This document shows, one piece after another, positions 53,895 through 56,806 of a stretch of 56,806 bases of DNA. Position 1 is the stretch's first letter. Every line of letters begins with the position of its first letter. The notes under the pieces are model-generated. The model worked only from the letters and a program-made list of their open reading frames with translations. It had not been told where the DNA came from and did not search any database. The translations under genes and the position numbers were made by a program. This stretch comes from a virus (lineage: Duplodnaviria > Caudoviricetes), in the IMG/VR virus record IMGVR_UViG_3300027805_000017, positions 1 through 56,806 of that record; one strand, 5' to 3'.

Positions 53895-55302
53895 AATCGT
53901 CGAACAAATAGTCCGCGAAGCACCGGACATTGAAGCCTACAAGATAGGCTTATTAAAGGCTGCGAAAGATCAAATAGCTATACCTATGAATCTGCCCGCG
54001 TACCAAGCGGCAGGACTCTCGCCCACGCAACAGCAGGCCTCACAACTTGCGCAGTACGGTCTTGGCTCCTATCAGCCGTACCTTGAGGCCGCAGGGATGG
54101 GGATTTCGCAGGGTCAAAACCTTGCCCAAACCGGCGCTCGAGGCCTAGCAGGCATTAACGTCGCCCCTGAGTTCATGGCCGCACAACAAGCCATGCAAAC
54201 AGGCTTGTCCGCAGCGGGGCAGCTTCCTGCCTATGCGCAGGCCGCGGGCTACGGCTACGATCAGATTGGACGTGGCGCACAAACCCTTGCACAAGGGGTG
54301 GCCGGCGCAGGTGGAATTACTGCGGCAGGAATGCCAGGACAACAGCTTGCACAGCAAACCGTTGGACAGGGCATTGGTGGTTTGTTGGGCAGCGCTCAAG
54401 CGTATGACCCAACACGTACGCAAGAATTCATGAACCCCTACCAGCAAATGGTCACGCAACAAGCCACGCAGGAAATGCGCAGGCAAGCGGACATTGCACG
54501 CCAACAGATGGCTGCGCAAGCGGCTAGAACAGGCGCCTTTGGTGGCACAAGAGAAGGTGTTCAGCGCGCAGAAACAGAGCGTGGCTTACAAGACATCATG
54601 TCGCAGCGTATCTTCCAAGACTACTCACAAAATTACTTGCAAGCGCAGCAAGCAGGCATGGGCAGCTTTGAGCAACAGCAGCAACGCCAATTAGCCGCCT
54701 CCCAAGGCTTGGGTCAGATGGGTGGATTGCAAAGCCAAATCGGATCGCAGCAAGCAAACCTGATTGCACAACAAGCAGGACTACAAGGTCAACTCGGCTC
54801 GCAACAAGCGCAGATGGGGCTTTTACCTGCTCAAATCGCATCGCAACAAGCCGCTATTGCGGGTCAGGGCGCACAGCTCTACGGCTCGCTTGGACAAGGC
54901 ATTGGCGCGCTTGGCGCACAACGCGCAGGTGTTGACTACCAGACGGGCATGGGCCTTGGTCAGTTGGGCTCGACGATTGGGCAGTTGGGTATCCAGCAAG
55001 CCGCTCTTGGACAAGCGCAGCAGCAATTGGGTGCGGCAGACGTCAGCATGTTGTCACAGCTTGGTGGAATCGAGCAGCAGAATGTGCAGCAGCAGCTTGA
55101 AGCACGCCGTGCCACGGAACTCCAGAAGGCCATGTCGCCGTATCAGCAGTTGGGCTTCTTGTCGGACATCTACAAGGGTGCGCCTTCGAGCCAGATGACG
55201 CTTTCTGCACAAACTGCGCCGAGTGTAAGCCCCCTTGCGCAGGCGGTGGGTCTAGGTATCTCTGGCTTGTCGGCAGCGGGTGCGGCCTCGAAGTTATTCT
55301 AA
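53884..55302 (+). CDS. Q/G/A-rich DNA ejection (pilot-like) protein (472 aa)
   Basis: FMNPYQQMV..GAFGGTR motif; long Q-rich helix. Confidence 0.7.
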   Translation: MATEIVEQIVREAPDIEAYKIGLLKAAKDQIAIPMNLPAYQAAGLSPTQQQASQLAQYGLGSYQPYLEAAGMGISQGQNLAQTGARGLAGINVAPEFMAAQQAMQTGLSAAGQLPAYAQAAGYGYDQIGRGAQTLAQGVAGAGGITAAGMPGQQLAQQTVGQGIGGLLGSAQAYDPTRTQEFMNPYQQMVTQQATQEMRRQADIARQQMAAQAARTGAFGGTREGVQRAETERGLQDIMSQRIFQDYSQNYLQAQQAGMGSFEQQQQRQLAASQGLGQMGGLQSQIGSQQANLIAQQAGLQGQLGSQQAQMGLLPAQIASQQAAIAGQGAQLYGSLGQGIGALGAQRAGVDYQTGMGLGQLGSTIGQLGIQQAALGQAQQQLGAADVSMLSQLGGIEQQNVQQQLEARRATELQKAMSPYQQLGFLSDIYKGAPSSQMTLSAQTAPSVSPLAQAVGLGISGLSAAGAASKLF

Positions 55303-55311
55303 GGAATCGCA

Positions 55312-56806
55312 ATGAAATCAAAAGTATTGAGCAGACCGATGTTTAATAAAGGGGGTATGGCCGAGCCGATCCCTGAGGATATGGTCGAGAACGTAGGCAT
55401 CATGCAGGGTTTTATGGATGATGACGCTGAAGACTTTGAGGCCGAGGAAATGGATGAGCGCGCGCCTAATTCACCAGAAATTCTGATGAATAACTTGCGT
55501 GGCGACATGCGCTCGGTTGATGCGCGCGTGGACGAATTGGCCAATCTCGTAGGTGAAGAGGTTGCCATGGACACACCCACCGAAGTATTGGCGCTGTTGC
55601 AGCCCGTGCTTGCCGCACAGAGCGGAATTGGTGCGCTGCCCGCGGGTATGCCCCCAGGGATGCCACCCGGTATGCCACCGGGTATGCCTCCAGAAATGGG
55701 CATGCCACCTGGTATGCCTCCAGAAATGGGCATGCCACCTGGTATGCCTCCAGAAATGGGTATGCCCCCTGTACCACCCGGTGCAGAAGGTGGTATCGGC
55801 GCATTAATGGCGCCTCCCGCTCCACCGCCCACGGCCCAAGCGCCAATTAACATGGCCAAGGGTGGATACGTCCAAGTTCAGCGTTTTCAAGAGGGGTCCG
55901 GTGAGGAGGGCGTGACCCCAGCTACTACTTACCCTCCAGAGTTAGTTAAGTATGCGCAAGAACAACTGATGGCGCAGCGCGGCGCAGGAAACTTAAAGCA
56001 GTCTGTGGAAGATGTGATGCCTGTTTACCGAGAAATCCTCGGTGGCGGGGATCGTCGCACGATGCAAGGTCAGGCCTTGTTGGATATTGCGCAGGCCGGT
56101 TTAAATCTTGCCTCGGGACGTAATGCACAAGGTGCGAATGTGGCGGGCGGATCGTTTGCCTCGCAACTCGCTTCTGCAGCACAAGGCTTACCCGCAAAGC
56201 TTGCCGAGCGCGCCGGACAGTTTCAGCAAGAAGAGCGTGCTATTAAATTAGCGGCGCTTAAATCTGCTGAGTCGAATGTGGAAAGTCAGCGTAAGCTCTT
56301 TTCACAAATTGTGAAGAGCTCAGGGCAGAGTCCTTTTGGTAAGGGTGACTGGGATTGGGCAGTATTAAACCGTCCTGGTTTGCTGCAAAAGTGGACGGAA
56401 GGTAACGTCACGGCTGAAGAGGACATGTTGGTTCAGTCGGCAATTACAAAGATGCAGTCGCCAAAAACAGAATTTAAGACAGACCCTGTTACAAAACTAC
56501 CCTATCCAGTCCAAGTTCCTGGAGTCCTGCCACCTTTTGTAGCAGAAGCTGTTAATAAACGTGGAGGCATAAGAACGACTGGTGGAACTACGACTGGTGG
56601 AACTACGACCGCGGATAAGATTACAGCAATAACTGATCCTAATGATCCACTTCGCCGAGATGAGGAACAAGCAGGTAAGCGAGAGAAAGCAGGAACTCCT
56701 ACTATCCCGAAAGAAGTGACGGCCAGTACGTACTCAAAGAATGAGCCTACCTTCTTCAATATGGCAGGTCGTGGAACAGGTCCAATTAGTGTGGCAAAGC
56801 CCTTTG
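55312..56806 (+). CDS. N-terminal part of the ~650-aa ejection/internal virion protein (continues to 592); absent from the ORF track because there is no stop before the window end
   Basis: AAGGA RBS; MKSKVLSRPMFNKGGMA..; open to the end and in frame with 44-592. Confidence 0.85.
   Translation, partial: MKSKVLSRPMFNKGGMAEPIPEDMVENVGIMQGFMDDDAEDFEAEEMDERAPNSPEILMNNLRGDMRSVDARVDELANLVGEEVAMDTPTEVLALLQPVLAAQSGIGALPAGMPPGMPPGMPPGMPPEMGMPPGMPPEMGMPPGMPPEMGMPPVPPGAEGGIGALMAPPAPPPTAQAPINMAKGGYVQVQRFQEGSGEEGVTPATTYPPELVKYAQEQLMAQRGAGNLKQSVEDVMPVYREILGGGDRRTMQGQALLDIAQAGLNLASGRNAQGANVAGGSFASQLASAAQGLPAKLAERAGQFQQEERAIKLAALKSAESNVESQRKLFSQIVKSSGQSPFGKGDWDWAVLNRPGLLQKWTEGNVTAEEDMLVQSAITKMQSPKTEFKTDPVTKLPYPVQVPGVLPPFVAEAVNKRGGIRTTGGTTTGGTTTADKITAITDPNDPLRRDEEQAGKREKAGTPTIPKEVTASTYSKNEPTFFNMAGRGTGPISVAKPF
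55681..55770 (+). repeat. Three 30-bp tandem repeats (GMPPEMGMPP), preceded by 12-bp GMPP units
   Basis: GGTATGCCTCCAGAAATGGGCATGCCACCT twice exact, third copy near-exact. Confidence 0.9.
56673..56806. repeat. Terminal direct repeat, right copy
   Basis: Matches 1-134 with one mismatch. Confidence 0.95.

Noticed and set aside
1-56806. Integrase, tRNA genes or alternative genetic code
   Set aside because: None recognised; genes are full length and tightly packed under the standard code

Overview
The window is an apparently complete, circularly assembled genome (~56.67 kb after removing a 134-bp terminal overlap) of a tailed dsDNA phage. It looks podovirus-like: no tape measure or sheath gene, a P22 gp10-like tail protein, and a run of large ejection-type proteins. 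The spanin pair indicates a Gram-negative host; a freshwater betaproteobacterium is my inference only. Layout: ejection/internal virion genes (51.6 kb wrapping to 5.3 kb); replication module (exonuclease, SNF2 helicase, SSB, primase, UvrD helicase, family A polymerase; 5.5-14.6 kb); small accessory ORFs (14.8-19.7 kb); a probable origin with a 30-bp inverted repeat (~20 kb); TerS and a resolvase-like nuclease; a leftward early-gene cluster; a non-coding control region (23.7-24.6 kb); then TerL, portal, GroES, scaffold, Mu gpT-like capsid, head/tail genes, tail fibre, a 14-blade beta-propeller and lysis genes. I found no integrase, tRNA or CRISPR array. Most notable: (1) a short [MFY]-x-x-G-G-x-[VIAM] peptide tag shared by nine otherwise unrelated late-region proteins, including a tag-only polymer and an ADP-ribosyltransferase/ParB effector tagged at both ends, suggesting an undescribed virion cargo-loading or processing system; (2) three perfect chromosomal-type parS palindromes in or beside a 7-bp-periodic array, with no phage parAB; (3) several candidate structured RNAs and an unannotated secreted 6-Cys miniprotein. 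All family assignments are by motif recognition, not database search.
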